NCBI RefSeq assembly: GCF_006345805.1
Contig: NC_043025.1
Location: 15,748,001 to 15,812,000, forward strand
Source: Octopus sinensis
Taxonomy: Eukaryota
DNA length: 64,000 nucleotides
Direction: 5' to 3'
How positions within the stretch are numbered: position 1 is the first letter of the stretch; each line of letters opens with the position of its first letter. This document shows, in pieces, positions 1-12,309 of the stretch. Under the pieces are notes generated by a model, which was not told where the DNA came from, did no database searches, and saw only the letters and a program-made list of their open reading frames with translations. The translations under genes were made by a program, and so were the position numbers.

Positions 1-58
1 ATTTTTCTTGGAGAGTTATTGGCTCTGCAAACTCATCACTGTTAATAATAATAATAAC

Positions 59-397
59 AGTGAAGGCACATGGCTCAGTGGTTAGAGCATCGAGCTTACA
101 ATCGTGAGGTTGTGAGTTCGAATCCCGGACTGGGCTGCATGTTATGTTCTTGAGCAAGACACTTTATTTCACGTTGCCCCAGTTTACTCATCTGTAGAAA
201 TGATATGCGACATCACTGGTGCCAAGCTGTATCAGCCCCTTTGCCTTTCCCTTGGATAACATGAGTGGTGTGGAGAGGGGAGGCTGGGATGCATGGGTCA
301 CTGCTGGCCTTCCACAAAACAACCTTGCCCGGACTTGTGCCTGGGAGGGTAACTTTCTAGGTGCAATCCCATGGTTAGTCGTGACCAAAAGGGGTCT
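59..397 (+). mobile_element. tRNA-headed SINE (family D group); related heads at about 39980-40225 (+) and 12720-13020, 24170-24500, 48640-48945 (-)
   Basis: A box tggctcagtgg, B box gagttcgaatc, non-tRNA 3' body. Confidence 0.85.
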
Positions 398-827
398 CAG
401 CAATAACAACAGTTTGAAATTCCAGCACAGGACCAGCAATTTTGGGTGAGTGGAGAAGTCGATTGCATTGACCATAAAACTTAGCTGGTACTTATTTTAT
501 TGACCCTGGAAAGGAGAAAGGCAAAATTAACCTGAGCAGAATTTGAACTCAAAAAATAACTATGCATTTTACCTGCTGTGCTAACGATTTGCCCCTTAAT
601 AATAATAATAGTCCTTTCTACTAAAGGCACAAGGCCTGAAATTTTGGGGGAGGGGACTAGTCGATTACGTCGACCCTTGTGTTTCACTGGTACTTAATTT
701 ATCGACCCCGAAAGGATGAACGACAAAGTTGACCTCGGTGGAATTTGAACCCAGAGCATAAAGACGGATGAAATGCTGCTAAGCATTTTGCCCGGCACTC
801 TAATGCTTCTGCCAGCTTGCTGCCTTT

Positions 828-1031
828 AATAATAATAATAATAATAAATAATAATAATAATAATAAATAATAATAATAATAATAAATAATAATAATAAAT
901 AATAATAATAAATAATAATAATAATAATAATAATAAATAATAATAATAAATAGTAATGATAATGGTAATATAATAATAATAATATAATAATAATAATAAT
1001 AATAAATAATAATAATAATAATAATAAATAG

Positions 1032-1062
<31 letters not shown>

Positions 1063-1144
1063 TATAATAATAATAAATAGTATGATAATGGTAATAATAA
1101 TAATAATATAAATAATAATAATAATAATAATAATAATAGTAATG

Positions 1145-1180
<36 letters not shown>

Positions 1181-1516
1181 TAATAATAATAATAATAAAT
1201 AATAAAATAATAATAATAATAATAAATAATAATAATAATAAATAATAATAATAATAATAATAATATAATAAATAATAATAATAATAAATAATAATATAAT
1301 AATAATAAATAGTAATGATAATGGTATAATAATAATAATAATAATAATATAATAATAATATAATAATAATAAATAATAATAATATAATAAAATAATAAAA
1401 TAAATAATAATAAATAGTAATGATAATGGTAATAAAATAATAAATAATAATAATAATAAATAATAAATAATAAAATAATAATAATAATAATAATGATAAT
1501 AAAAATAATGATAATA

Positions 1517-1549
<33 letters not shown>

Positions 1550-1572
1550 TAATAATAATAATAGTAATGATA

Positions 1573-1619
<47 letters not shown>

Positions 1620-1866
1620 TAATAATAATAATAAATAATAATAATAATAATAATAATAAATAATAATATAATATAATAATAATAATAATAAATAATAAAT
1701 AATAATAATAAATAATAATAATAATAAATAATAATAATAATAATAATAGTAATGATAATGGTAATAATAATAATAATAATAATAAATAATAATAATAATA
1801 ATAATAAATAGTAATGATAATGGTAATAATAATAATAATAATAATATAATAATAATAATAATAATA

Positions 1867-1901
<35 letters not shown>

Positions 1902-1937
1902 GTAATGATAATGGTAATAATAATAATAATAATAATA

Positions 1938-2004
<67 letters not shown>

Positions 2005-2092
2005 TAATAAAAATAATGATAATAAATAATAATATATAATAAATAATAATAATAATAAATAATAATAATAATAATAAAAAATAATGATAATA

Positions 2093-2129
<37 letters not shown>

Positions 2130-2158
2130 TAATAATAATAATAAAAATAATGATAATA

Positions 2159-2192
<34 letters not shown>

Positions 2193-2353
2193 TAATAATA
2201 ATAATATAATAAAAATAATGATAATAAATAATAAATAATAATAATAATAATAATAATAAATAATAATAATAATAATAATAAAAATAATGATAATAAATAA
2301 TAATAATAATAATAAATAATAATAAATAGTAATGATAATGGTAATAATAAATA

Positions 2354-2384
<31 letters not shown>

Positions 2385-2539
2385 TAATGATAATAATAAT
2401 AATAATGATAATAATAATAATAATAATGATAATAATAATAGTAATAATAATGATAATAATAATAATAATGATAATAATAATAATAATGATAATAATAATA
2501 ATAATAATAATAATGATAATAATAATAGTAATAATAATG

Positions 2540-2570
<31 letters not shown>

Positions 2571-2700
2571 TAATAATAATAATAATAGTAATAATAATGA
2601 TAATAATAATAATAATAATGATAATAATAATAGTAATAATAATGATAATAATAATAATAATGATAATAATAAATAATAATAATAATAAATAATAATAAAT
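828..2700 (+). repeat. Giant interrupted (AAT)n array, about 1.9 kb
   Basis: Directly visible; source of the poly-L/Y/I and poly-N ORFs. Confidence 0.98.
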
Positions 2701-2706
2701 AGTAAC

Positions 2707-2754
2707 CTGAAGATCCTTGTGTCTCCATTCTCCAGTCTCAGGATTGAACCTGTA
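2707..2754 (-). CDS. PLP enzyme exon 15 (YRFNPETGEWRHKDLQ); further exons lie outside window
   Basis: ttacag| and weak |gttact donor, phases 0/0, YxFNPxTGEW motif. Confidence 0.85.
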
Positions 2755-3146
2755 CTGTAAAATAAGGAGGAAGAATTCATGAGGAAAAAGAATTAAAACA
2801 TTTTGATGATAAAGATTTCTTCCTTTTCTATTTTGGAATAACACAGAATAATAAATGACTTGATGGGAAACAGTAAATGTTGATGATGATGATGATGATG
2901 ATGAGCAGAATGGTGATGTTGATGATGATGACGATTATTCTGGTGGCGGTGGTGGTGATGGAAAACCAATGCCTCGTTGCTAAACTGAACAAACAAAAGT
3001 GTTAAAAACACTGTAATGGGTCCTGTATCCTGAGCACTTCAAAATCTTCAAGAATTTGCTTTTACGAAACTTCTACAGAAGAGAAATTCTCAACTGATTT
3101 CTACTTCAGTCTGTTTATTTGTCTGTTTAATGTCCATTTTTTTTGT

Positions 3147-3638
3147 GCTACCAAGACTAGGACAGAAACATCTCGAAAGAGTCCAGAAGCTGACTACCCG
3201 CATGGTTCTTGGTTTCAAGCATTTGTCTTATGAAGAAAGGCTGAAGACACTCGACCTTTATTCTCTAGAAAAACGACGATGCCGTGGTGATCTCATTCTT
3301 GCTCACAACATCATAAGCGGAAAGTGTAACCTCTCGAAAGAGCTGTTCTTCACTCCTGTTCCAGAGCGTCGGCTGCGGAGTCACTCCGAAAAGCTCTATC
3401 TGCGACGATTTCATCTCAATCGAAGGAGATGGGCTTTTTCCATCCGGGTTGCGGATCCGTGGAATAAGCCGCTGGACGAGATAGTGAAGATGCCGACGAC
3501 CGCTCGGTTCAAAGTCTCTCTTGACCAGAAATGGCCTGAATTCTTTGCATGAACACCCCTGTACATAACTCCATGTCCCCCTACATGGCCTTGCTTTTTG
3601 CTTTTTGAGCCAAAAAATTAACTTAACTTAACTTAACT
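3147..3638 (+). mobile_element. 5'-truncated CR1/L2-like LINE 3' end
   Basis: LERVQK...SYEERLKTLDLYSLEKRR.RGDLI...WNK.. C-terminus; (TTAAC)n tail. Confidence 0.88.
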
Positions 3639-4389
3639 ATATATATGAAGGTAACTCAGGTAACAGGGATAACTCCGACATAAAACCTGCGGCTCAGTGG
3701 TTACCGATGATGTTGACTTGTTCTTCTTTTTGGATTATGGCTGCTGTTGCTTAGTGAGTGGGATTGACTCAGTGCACAGCCTTTCCTCACTTTAAAAAAA
3801 ATCTTCTTGCACATGCATTGCACGATAACAACATTGATTAAGCTTCGTGCAATGGCCATACTCGATAACAAGGGGGTGGCCACCATATATATATATAAAT
3901 TAGAAAAAAAACACCTTTTATCAATTCAATAATGAAAAATTAAATTACACCATCTAGAAAATTACGTATTATAGAAAGATTAAATATAAGATAAAAAATA
4001 TAATGATGATAAAGTAATGTGCAAAATGGAAACTGAAAGAAGCTCATTTTTTTTGTGTGTGTGTGTGTGTGTTACTGTCTCCTTCCCTTGACATGGCAGC
4101 TGTAAATGAGTTTCACTGTTATACAAGCAGTGTCTTTTTTTTTCGCAGTCTTCCATGAAAATTATGTCTAACTCTGGGGAAATGTTAGCTTGCTTGGCAA
4201 CAGGTAAGGGTTGGCAACAGGAAGGGCATCCAGCTGTAGAAACTCTACCTTAACAAATACCATCCAACATCTGAGAGCTTGGAATGTTAAGTGAATATTA
4301 AGATGATGATGATGTCTTCTAATGGAGATAGACAGACAGACAGGGCTATTCCATTGTTTGAAACCGATTAAAATTGACTCAATCTTTAC

Positions 4390-4501
4390 CTGAGGAAGTA
4401 GATGCCAACCAAATTCTGCAACCAACTCTACAGCTTGGATGACAAAATCCAAAGTTTCATCGTCGACAAAGAATGGTAAATTTAGTCGGGTGAATCCTGG
4501 T
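4390..4501 (-). CDS. PLP enzyme exon 14 (PGFTRLNLPFFVDDETLDFVIQAVELVAEFGWHLLPQ)
   Basis: ttgcag| and |gtaaag, phases 2/0, RPGFTR motif. Confidence 0.92.
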
Positions 4502-5057
4502 CTGCAAAGAAAAATGGTGGAAGAAGATAACGAAAATTTAAGGAAAACATTAGAATGGGTCAAGGATTGTGCTATCTTTTCCACCCACTATTCCTGGGAG
4601 GGTCAGGCCCCTCCTCCTCCTCCCTAGGGTCCTATCAGAAGCATCCATCATTACATTTTCCAGTTGGATTCCCATGTGTGATCCATTGAGACGATGGATA
4701 TTATCCAAATATTTTGGTCTACCACAAAGTCTCCTGGCTTCGCTTGAAGAATCCATCTTGTGTTTCCTTGTGATATTCCTGTGATTCCTAAAAGCACAAA
4801 AGAAGTTGCTTGACTTGGACAGAATCCCTGAAACTCTGGATAGCATCCAACCATCTCGCTCTTGGTCTAATTTTAGGTATTCTGACGTTTGGCTCTGCCT
4901 GAAGAATCAATTTTGTGATTCTTCAACATTCTAATCACAATCCCTTTTGTGGGCGCTTAGGGACCTGCCAACCCCAGAATAGGAACTGCTACTCTACACA
5001 TATCCTTGATCTGATTTCATCCTGATGACTGGACGGATGAGTGTTCGGGTGACTTAC

Positions 5058-5117
5058 CTGAGGATTTCCATTGGTGAATACTCCCGGTATCGCTTCAAAT
5101 GTACTCGGTCGAGACGG
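5058..5117 (-). CDS. PLP enzyme exon 13 (RLDRVHLKRYREYSPMEILR)
   Basis: ttccag| and |gtaagt, phases 2/2. Confidence 0.87.
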
Positions 5118-5454
5118 CTGGAAGAAAAAGTATAAGGAGATGAACAAATATCAAACATACATACACACACACACACATATTTATTTATCCTACATTATAT
5201 CAGTACAGCTCAGTGCATCCCCATAAACTGGTTCACCAGTCAGCATCATTAGACAGTGGCCAGCATAATGGAAGAGGAGTTTTAATGGCATATTCAAAAC
5301 ATTTGCCATAAATAAATTTTAAATATATATATATATATATATATAATATATATATATATACACACTCCTTGTGTGATAATCTATGTGTTCGATATGTATA
5401 AAACGTGTGATGGTGTATTGTATGTTGAGGTTCGTATATGGTATGTGTGTGTGT

Positions 5455-5777
5455 ATCGCCTGGCCCCTGTGCCGGTGGCACATAAAAAGCACCATCCGAT
5501 CGTAACCATTGCCAGCCTCGCCTGGCCCCCGTGCCGGTGGCATGTAAAAAGCACCATCCGTCCGTGTCCGTTTGCCAGCCTCGTTTGGCACCTGTGCAGG
5601 TGGCATGTAAAAAGCACCCACTACACTCATGGAGTGGTTGGCGTTAGGAAGGGCATCCAGCCGTAGAAACACTGCCAGATCAGACTGGGCCTGATACAAC
5701 CTTCCGGCTTCCTAGACCCCAGTTGAACCGTCCAACCCATGCTAGCATGGAAAGTGGACGCTAAATGATGATGATGA

Positions 5778-5780
<3 letters not shown>
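5455..5780 (+). mobile_element. SINE-like family C with internal tandem subrepeats and (GAT)n tail; copies at about 11355-11705, 19880-20290, 28850-29020, 46850-47075 (+) and 7090-7330, 8040-8440, 13030-13315, 15430-15730, 18140-18480 (-)
   Basis: Shared ...ggttggcgttaggaagggcatccagc...aacccatgctagcatggaaa.cggacgttaaatgatgatg. Confidence 0.85.
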
Positions 5781-5837
<57 letters not shown>

Positions 5838-5869
5838 TATATATATATACATATATATACATATATATG

Positions 5870-6414
5870 TATGTAAATTAAATTAGAGATAAAACCACTA
5901 TTAGGCAAATCAAACAGTGAAAAACATAACCAAGACATAAAAATAAAATAATTAATATAATATACAAAATATGTAAAATATAAAATTAAAAAATTTAAAT
6001 TATTTAAATTTAAAATTATTAATTTACATTTATAAATTTTATATTATTTATTAAATACTTATTATCTTATATAAAACTTTTTAATACTTTTTGATAGTTA
6101 TATATATTTAAATTTTAAAAAAAATTTTTAATGTAAAAATGTAAAAATTTATTAATTTAAATTTTAAAAATATTTAATAAATAATATAAAATTTATAAAT
6201 ATAAATTAATAATTTTAAATTTAAATAATTTAAATTTTATATTTTATATATTTTGTATATTATATTATTTTTATTTTTATGTCTTGGTTTATGTTTTTCA
6301 GTTTGAGTTGCCTAATAGTGGTTTTATCTCTAATTTAATTTATATTTGTACTGTGAAATTAGATTTAATCCTAAATCTAATTTTTCCCTGTAAGTTTGGA
6401 TTACTCCCTAATAT

Positions 6415-6415
<1 letters not shown>
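5870..6415. mobile_element. AT-rich fold-back element (Penelope-like terminal repeat candidate); related end at about 62300-62455
   Basis: Arms about 5872-6057 and 6170-6347, (TA)n flanks, terminal hairpin aattagattt/aaatctaatt plus tttccctgtaagtttgga. Confidence 0.55.
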
Positions 6416-6461
<46 letters not shown>

Positions 6462-6611
6462 GTGTGTATAGAGGACTATATATATAGGGAGTGTATATAA
6501 AATGTACAATGATATATGGTAATGAATATAGAGAATTGTGTATAAGATGTAATATGGTGTATAGCAGCGTATATAGAGAATTATAGGTGAAAAGGTAATA
6601 TACATATAGAG

Positions 6612-6838
6612 CAATGGTCCTCAACCATTTTTAGCCATGGACTCAAGTGGACCCTCAGAGCCATTTAAGGCTTAAAAAATCTTTCTGCCTTTTTAGAATT
6701 AAATATTATCAAGAACTGTATAAAAACAAAAATAGTTAAAATATTTTGCACATTGTAGAAGTATAGCTAATTTATTACAGATAAATTTTAACAACAAAAT
6801 CTTATAAGGGCCACTTGGACCCCAATTGAGAACCACTG
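6612..6838. mobile_element. hAT-type MITE 22 bp into the intron after exon 12
   Basis: CAATGGTCCTCAA...TTGAGAACCACTG TIRs; 8-bp TSD atatagag/atagagag (7/8). Confidence 0.75.
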
Positions 6839-6860
6839 ATAGAGAGGAAGATCTACCAAC

Positions 6861-6922
6861 CTGTCTTCAATGAGAACATTTTCAAATTCCTTTGCTTTTT
6901 CTTCTGATATTCCTAACAGATC
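6861..6922 (-). CDS. PLP enzyme exon 12 (DLLGISEEKAKEFENVLIEDS)
   Basis: ttgaag| and |gttggt, phases 0/2, bridges exons 11 and 13 in frame. Confidence 0.85.
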
Positions 6923-7405
6923 CTTCAAAGAAATGTTTGAGAAAAATAATCAGACATGACACATTCTTATTACAGGGTTTTATATCCAACTGGGGTCAAT
7001 ATAATCAACTTACCCAATCCTCTGAAATTGCTGGCCTTGTGCCAAAAAACAAAACCATTATCATCATCATCATCATCATCATTATTATTATTATTATTCA
7101 TCGTTTAATCATCATTTAACGTCCGCTTTCCATGCTAGCATGGGTTGGACGATTTTGACTGAGGGCTGGCGAACCAGATGGCTGCACCAGGCTCCAATCT
7201 CGATTTGGCAGAGTTTCTACAGCTGGATCCCCTTCCTAACGCCAACCACTCCGAGAGTGTAGTGGGTGCTTTTTACGTGCCACCGGCACGGGGGCCAGCC
7301 AGGCGGTACTGGCAACGGCCACGCTCAAATCTTTTTACACTCTGTTATTATTATTATTATTGTTATTAAGGCAGCAAGCTATCAGAATTGTTAGTGTACC
7401 AGGCA

Positions 7406-7440
<35 letters not shown>

Positions 7441-7656
7441 GGCAGCAAGCTGTCAGAATCATTAGTGTGCCAGGCAAAATTCTAAGCAGCATTTCATATT
7501 ATCTGATTCTCCGTTTGAAGAATTTCTCATGGGGGACATCTTACATGTTTATCTAACATGTAGAATTTCAGAATTCCTAGTAACAAAAAAAAACGTGTGT
7601 AATGTTGAATATATAATACCAAAAATCTTTTCCAGTCTCTAGTTTTGATACATATA

Positions 7657-7690
<34 letters not shown>

Positions 7691-8948
7691 CACATACATT
7701 TATACATACACACACAAGCCAAATCCACTCACAAGGCTTTGGTCAACCCAAGGCTATAGTAGAAGACATTTGCCTAAGGTGTCATGCAGTGGGACTGAAC
7801 CTGGAACCATGTGGTTGAGAAGCAAACTTCTAAACCAGTCACATCAGAGTCTTACAATTCCAGACACCCCACCCCCACCCTGGATGGCACTGTCTTATTA
7901 ACCCCAAAAGGACAGAAAAATTAACAAATGATGTTGGGAGGATTTGAACTCAGAATGCAAAGAATCAGAATAAATACCAAAATGGCATTCTATCTGATGC
8001 TCAACCAATTCTACCAGTTTACCACAATATATATCTCATCATCATTGTTTAACGTCCGCCTTCCATGGATGGGTTGGCTTAACAGGAGCCAGCCAGGCAG
8101 AAGTCTGCACCAGACTTCACTGTTTTGGCAGGATTTTTACAGCTGGATGCCCTTCTTAACACCAACCACTCAGCAGAGTGGTTTTTTATGTGGCACAAGC
8201 AGAGGCGAGGTCAATTTTAGCAAGGTTTTAACAGTTGAATGCCCTTCCAAATGCCAACCACTCAGCAGAGTGGACTGGGTGCTTATATAAATAGGAGACA
8301 GATGATGCCCTTCCTAACGCCAACCACTCCAAGAGTGTGGTGGGTGCTTGTGGGTGCTTTTTATGTGCCACCGGCAAAGGCGCCAGAGGAGGCTGGCAAA
8401 CGGCCACAATCAGTTGGTGCTTTTATGTGTCACCGACACGGATATATATATATATATATATAAAAATAAATATAAGAGAATGGTCACTATGTGGCTCATT
8501 CCAGCACTAGAAAATCCAAAAGGTTTCAACCACAAAAATACATGTTTCCCGTGAAAGTCAGTACGATTGTTAGCTCACACGAACAGGGCAAATAAAAAAT
8601 AACAAAAATACAGATTATTTTGGGACAATTGTTTCGCTATTAATGTTAATTCATTAATAGCGAAACAATTGTCCCAAAATAATCTGTATTTTTGTATTTT
8701 TTATTTGCCCTGTTCGTGTGAGCTAACAATCGTACTGACTTTCACGGGAAACATGTATTTTTGTGGTTGAAACCTTTTGGATTTTCTAGTGCTGGAATGA
8801 GCCACATAGTGACCATTCTCTTATATTTATTTTTGTATAAAATATTATAATATATAATAAAATATTATAATAATCCAGGTTTCCCGAAGCACTGGGCCAC
8901 TTGGTGTTGAATAGATATAGTATCTAATTCTCTCACCCTTATTAATTA

Positions 8949-8985
<37 letters not shown>

Positions 8986-9021
8986 TAAATATGTATTAAG
9001 TTAAAAAGAAAAGGGACTCAC

Positions 9022-9226
9022 TTCAGCATAAGGACCAGCGCAGGCACAGCCCCCTCTTGATTGGATCCCAAAGACATCATTAAGCAGTGCCGTGACATAA
9101 TTATGATGGAGGAATCGGCCAGTCTGTGGGTGATAAATCAGGAAGGAATATATTGGTAATGAGGGGACAGATTGGGTCCCTAAAATGACCAAATTCTTGC
9201 ATTTCTTCCAGCAGTTGGTGGCTTTT
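9022..9226 (-). CDS. PLP enzyme exon 11 (KATNCWKKCKNLVILG...LLNDVFGIQSRGGCACAGPYAE)
   Basis: tttcag| and |gtgagt, phases 2/0, RGGCACAGPY cysteine motif. Confidence 0.93.
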
Positions 9227-9974
9227 CTGAAATACAAAAACAAAAACAACAAAGTCAAACAAATGGTGCAGCATGGCTGTGTGGGTAAGAAGCTTACTTA
9301 GCAACCATGTGGTCCTGGGTTCAGTCCCACTACATGGCACCTGGGTCCTACAACAGTCTCAGGCTGACCAAAATTTTGTCAGTGGATTTGGTTGATGGAA
9401 ACTGAAAGAAGTCCGTCATATGTGTGTGTGTGTGTCTGTGTGTCTGTGTTTGTCCCCCACCACTGCTTGACAACAGGTGTTGGTGTGTTTACATCCCCAT
9501 AACTTTGCGGTTCAGCAAAAGAGACTGATAGAATAAGTAACAGTCTTAAAAAAACAATAAATACTGTGGTCAATTCGTTCAACTAAAAATTCTTCAAAGC
9601 AGTGCCCCAGCATGGCCACAGTCTAATGAATGAAACAACAGATATTTACATGTGTGTGTGTCTTTTAATGAGGCATAGTGTATCTAGGACTACATGACCT
9701 AATGTAGCCTTCACTGTTATAAGATTGCTAAAAGCACTTTGAGGGGGATTTAGCTGCTATTTCAACCAGTCAAATGTAAGTAAGACTATGTCATTTAAAG
9801 TACCCTTCCTAACTTGTTGTTTAGCCCCAGGTCAGCTCTGATCCAGTAGACCTATGATGAAAAGCATTCCAAATGTCACCATCCTGACATGGTTTTTGGT
9901 AAATGATTAATAAAACTACAACAACAAAAACAACAAGCAAACTATTTTGGTGTTGGGAGAGTTGAAAGTCTTAC

Positions 9975-10132
9975 TTAAGAAGTTGTTGATCTCTCTGTGC
10001 AATGACATCGGTGCCAATGGCCAGCTTCAGTTGCATCACCAAACCAGCACGAATGGAACCGACAATATCAGGAGTTCCGCCTTCTTCTCTCATTTCTGGT
10101 TCGTGTAGAAAACGGTGGTTCTCTCGACGCAC
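9975..10132 (-). CDS. PLP enzyme exon 10 (VRRENHRFLHEPEMREEGGTPDIVGSIRAGLVMQLKLAIGTDVIAQRDQQLLK)
   Basis: taacag| and |gtaaga, phases 0/2, REEGGTP motif. Confidence 0.92.
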
Positions 10133-10429
10133 CTGTTATATTTTTAATGAAGGTAGAGTCAGGTGAATAGCAAGGAACAGAAAGGAAAGCACAAAAAGTT
10201 AAAATCAGAAACACAAAATAATATACACTCACACACACACATGTTACAGCAAGGTCCTACTAAATAGGGAAACATTCAAACCACAGATCCCTTCAATATG
10301 TAGAAAAGGTGTCGGGGGAAACCCCATACAGTGTGTCCAATGTAAAATACAAAAGAAGTGAAGTTGCATCACTGGAAGATTAACAGAGAACATAGACATT
10401 AAACGCCAAGAATGTCGGAGCAACAATGG

Positions 10430-11260
10430 CCAACTAGTGACCCTGGGGATGACTAATGTCTTGCACAGTGGCTTTGTTTAAAGGAAAGAATAGCTGCAGT
10501 CGGTCAACTCCATTCTCTTGTCCATGACCATCTTCAATCCAGTGTCAAGACCAGGTCAAGATGACTACGGATGGAGATGGATGCAGCAGATGACCAAGAT
10601 GTTTTACTTTCTTCATCTTGGTCTCTGCACTCCACAATGTGTTGCTGTTTCCCCCTTCCCCTTCTGTTGAACCATAAAGGTTTCTTCTGCAGGGCCCACT
10701 GGACCCACTCTTCACACGCATAGGTCAGCAACCCCTAATATGTTGATTACCATATAACTGTGATTTAGTAGAGCAGACCTCATCACTTTTTGGCCCCTCA
10801 CAGTCCAAACTATTATAGTAAGCATTTAGGCCAAATCTCTGGGTCTTTATTTATTCTGGCATCATCATGTTTGTCAGTCGGAGCCACAAGGACCATCCAG
10901 TCATCCTGGAGTTGACTCATGACTTGTATGGTGATCGTGTTTAAAGTGAAAAAGGGTTTCATGTCCTCAACCTCATTCTATTGTGCACGACTATTATTCA
11001 ATACGGAAAGCCCTAATATGCTATCCAACCCATAGCTTTCTTGTCCACGACCACCTTCAGTCTGGTAACAAGACAACTGGGGATGGAGACAGATGCAGTG
11101 GATGACCAAATGACCAAGATGGCTTACTTGTCTCACCTTGCTCTCTGCATCCCAGAATGCATTGCTGCAGTAGCCTTCCTCTCCACTGAACCATAGAGGG
11201 TTCTTCTGCAGAATTTGCCAGACTCTGAATACAATGACATACTAGTGACCTGTCAACAGG
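10430..11260 (-). mobile_element. Degenerate RTE-clade fragments (two partial copies)
   Basis: Similar RTE C-terminal sequence at about 10430-10960 and 11030-11260. Confidence 0.55.
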
Positions 11261-11285
11261 GATATCAGCCAACACAATATTCAAG

Positions 11286-11355
<70 letters not shown>

Positions 11356-12235
11356 ATAGCACCAACCGATCGTAGTTGTTGCCAGCCTACCCTGGCACCT
11401 AAAAAGCAACCATCCGTATGTGGCCGATGCCAGTGCCACCTTGACTGGATTCCATGTCAGTGGCACATAAAAAGCACCATCCGTACGTGGTTGATGTCAG
11501 CGCCGCCTTGGCTGGCTTCCATGCCAGTGGTATGTAAAAAGCACCCACTACACTCACGGAGTGGTTGGCATTAGGAAGGGCATCCAGCTGTAGAAACACT
11601 GCCAGATCAGACTGAGCCTGGTGCAGCCTTCTGGCTTCCCAGACCCCGGTCAAACCGTCCAACCCACGCTAGCATGGAAAGCGGGCACTAAACGATGATG
11701 ATGATATATATCTGAAGAAGGTATAAATAATGGGTTTTATACAGTCATTTGTACATTATAGACTTACAGTCGTTTCTGATATGCATGATGGATGCATTCA
11801 TGGTTCAGTTTACGCAATCAATCGATTGATCGATTGAACATATAGTGAACAACTATTGGAATGCTTTCGTTATTGGAGTCCAATGCATCAAGTACTAAAG
11901 TAAATGAAGACAGAACAAGAGGGGAGAAGGAATGGAGAAGAAGAAAAGAGAGAGAGAAAAAGGAAGAGGGGAGAGAATTTGGTCATTGCTGTATTTGTAT
12001 GGAACTAGGTCACCTGTTTCTAGCCTTTGACCTATATAAACTGAGTACAGTAGAGAGAGAGAGAGAGAGATGGAAGCAGAGAAGCATCAGCATTCATAAA
12101 GAAATACATTCACAATGACAGCTGCACTTAACCAATGAGCTGCACTTACACAAACCGTGGTACATGAGCAACCAGTGGCACTCCAGTAAACAGTTCCACT
12201 CATACGTCTCAAGACATACTTAGGAAGATACTCAC

Positions 12236-12309
12236 GAAGAATATTGTGCCACCACCACAACCTTCTGGAGTTGAGTTCTTGAAGAGGTACTTCTTGGCAA
12301 TGAGAATTC
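12236..12309 (-). CDS. PLP enzyme exon 9 (ILIAKKYLFKNSTPEGCGGGTIFF)
   Basis: tgccag| and |gtgagt, phases 1/0, GGGT motif. Confidence 0.9.

Noticed and set aside
1-38. Possible next exon (aacag|T GAT GAG TTT GCA GAG CCA...) on the minus strand
   Set aside because: Needs phase 2 but exon 15 ends in phase 0, and phase 0 starts with TGA; no bridging exon found in 39-827
59-140. tRNA-like sequence
   Set aside because: A/B boxes run into a SINE body with no proper acceptor stem; a SINE head, not a tRNA gene
699-2844. Three 640-690 aa minus-strand ORFs and poly-N/I plus-strand ORFs
   Set aside because: Products of the (AAT)n array; only 2707-2754 is a real exon
5022-5045. CTGATGA hits at about 5022, 37277, 55425 and 58378
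   Set aside because: No stem II plus GAAA downstream; chance or LINE/mariner-internal matches
11712-11785. CTGAAGA-AG-GTATAAA/TTTATAC plus an inverted GAAAC-GACT-GTA
   Set aside because: Possibly a scrambled HHR, but the halves are on opposite strands and too decayed to support
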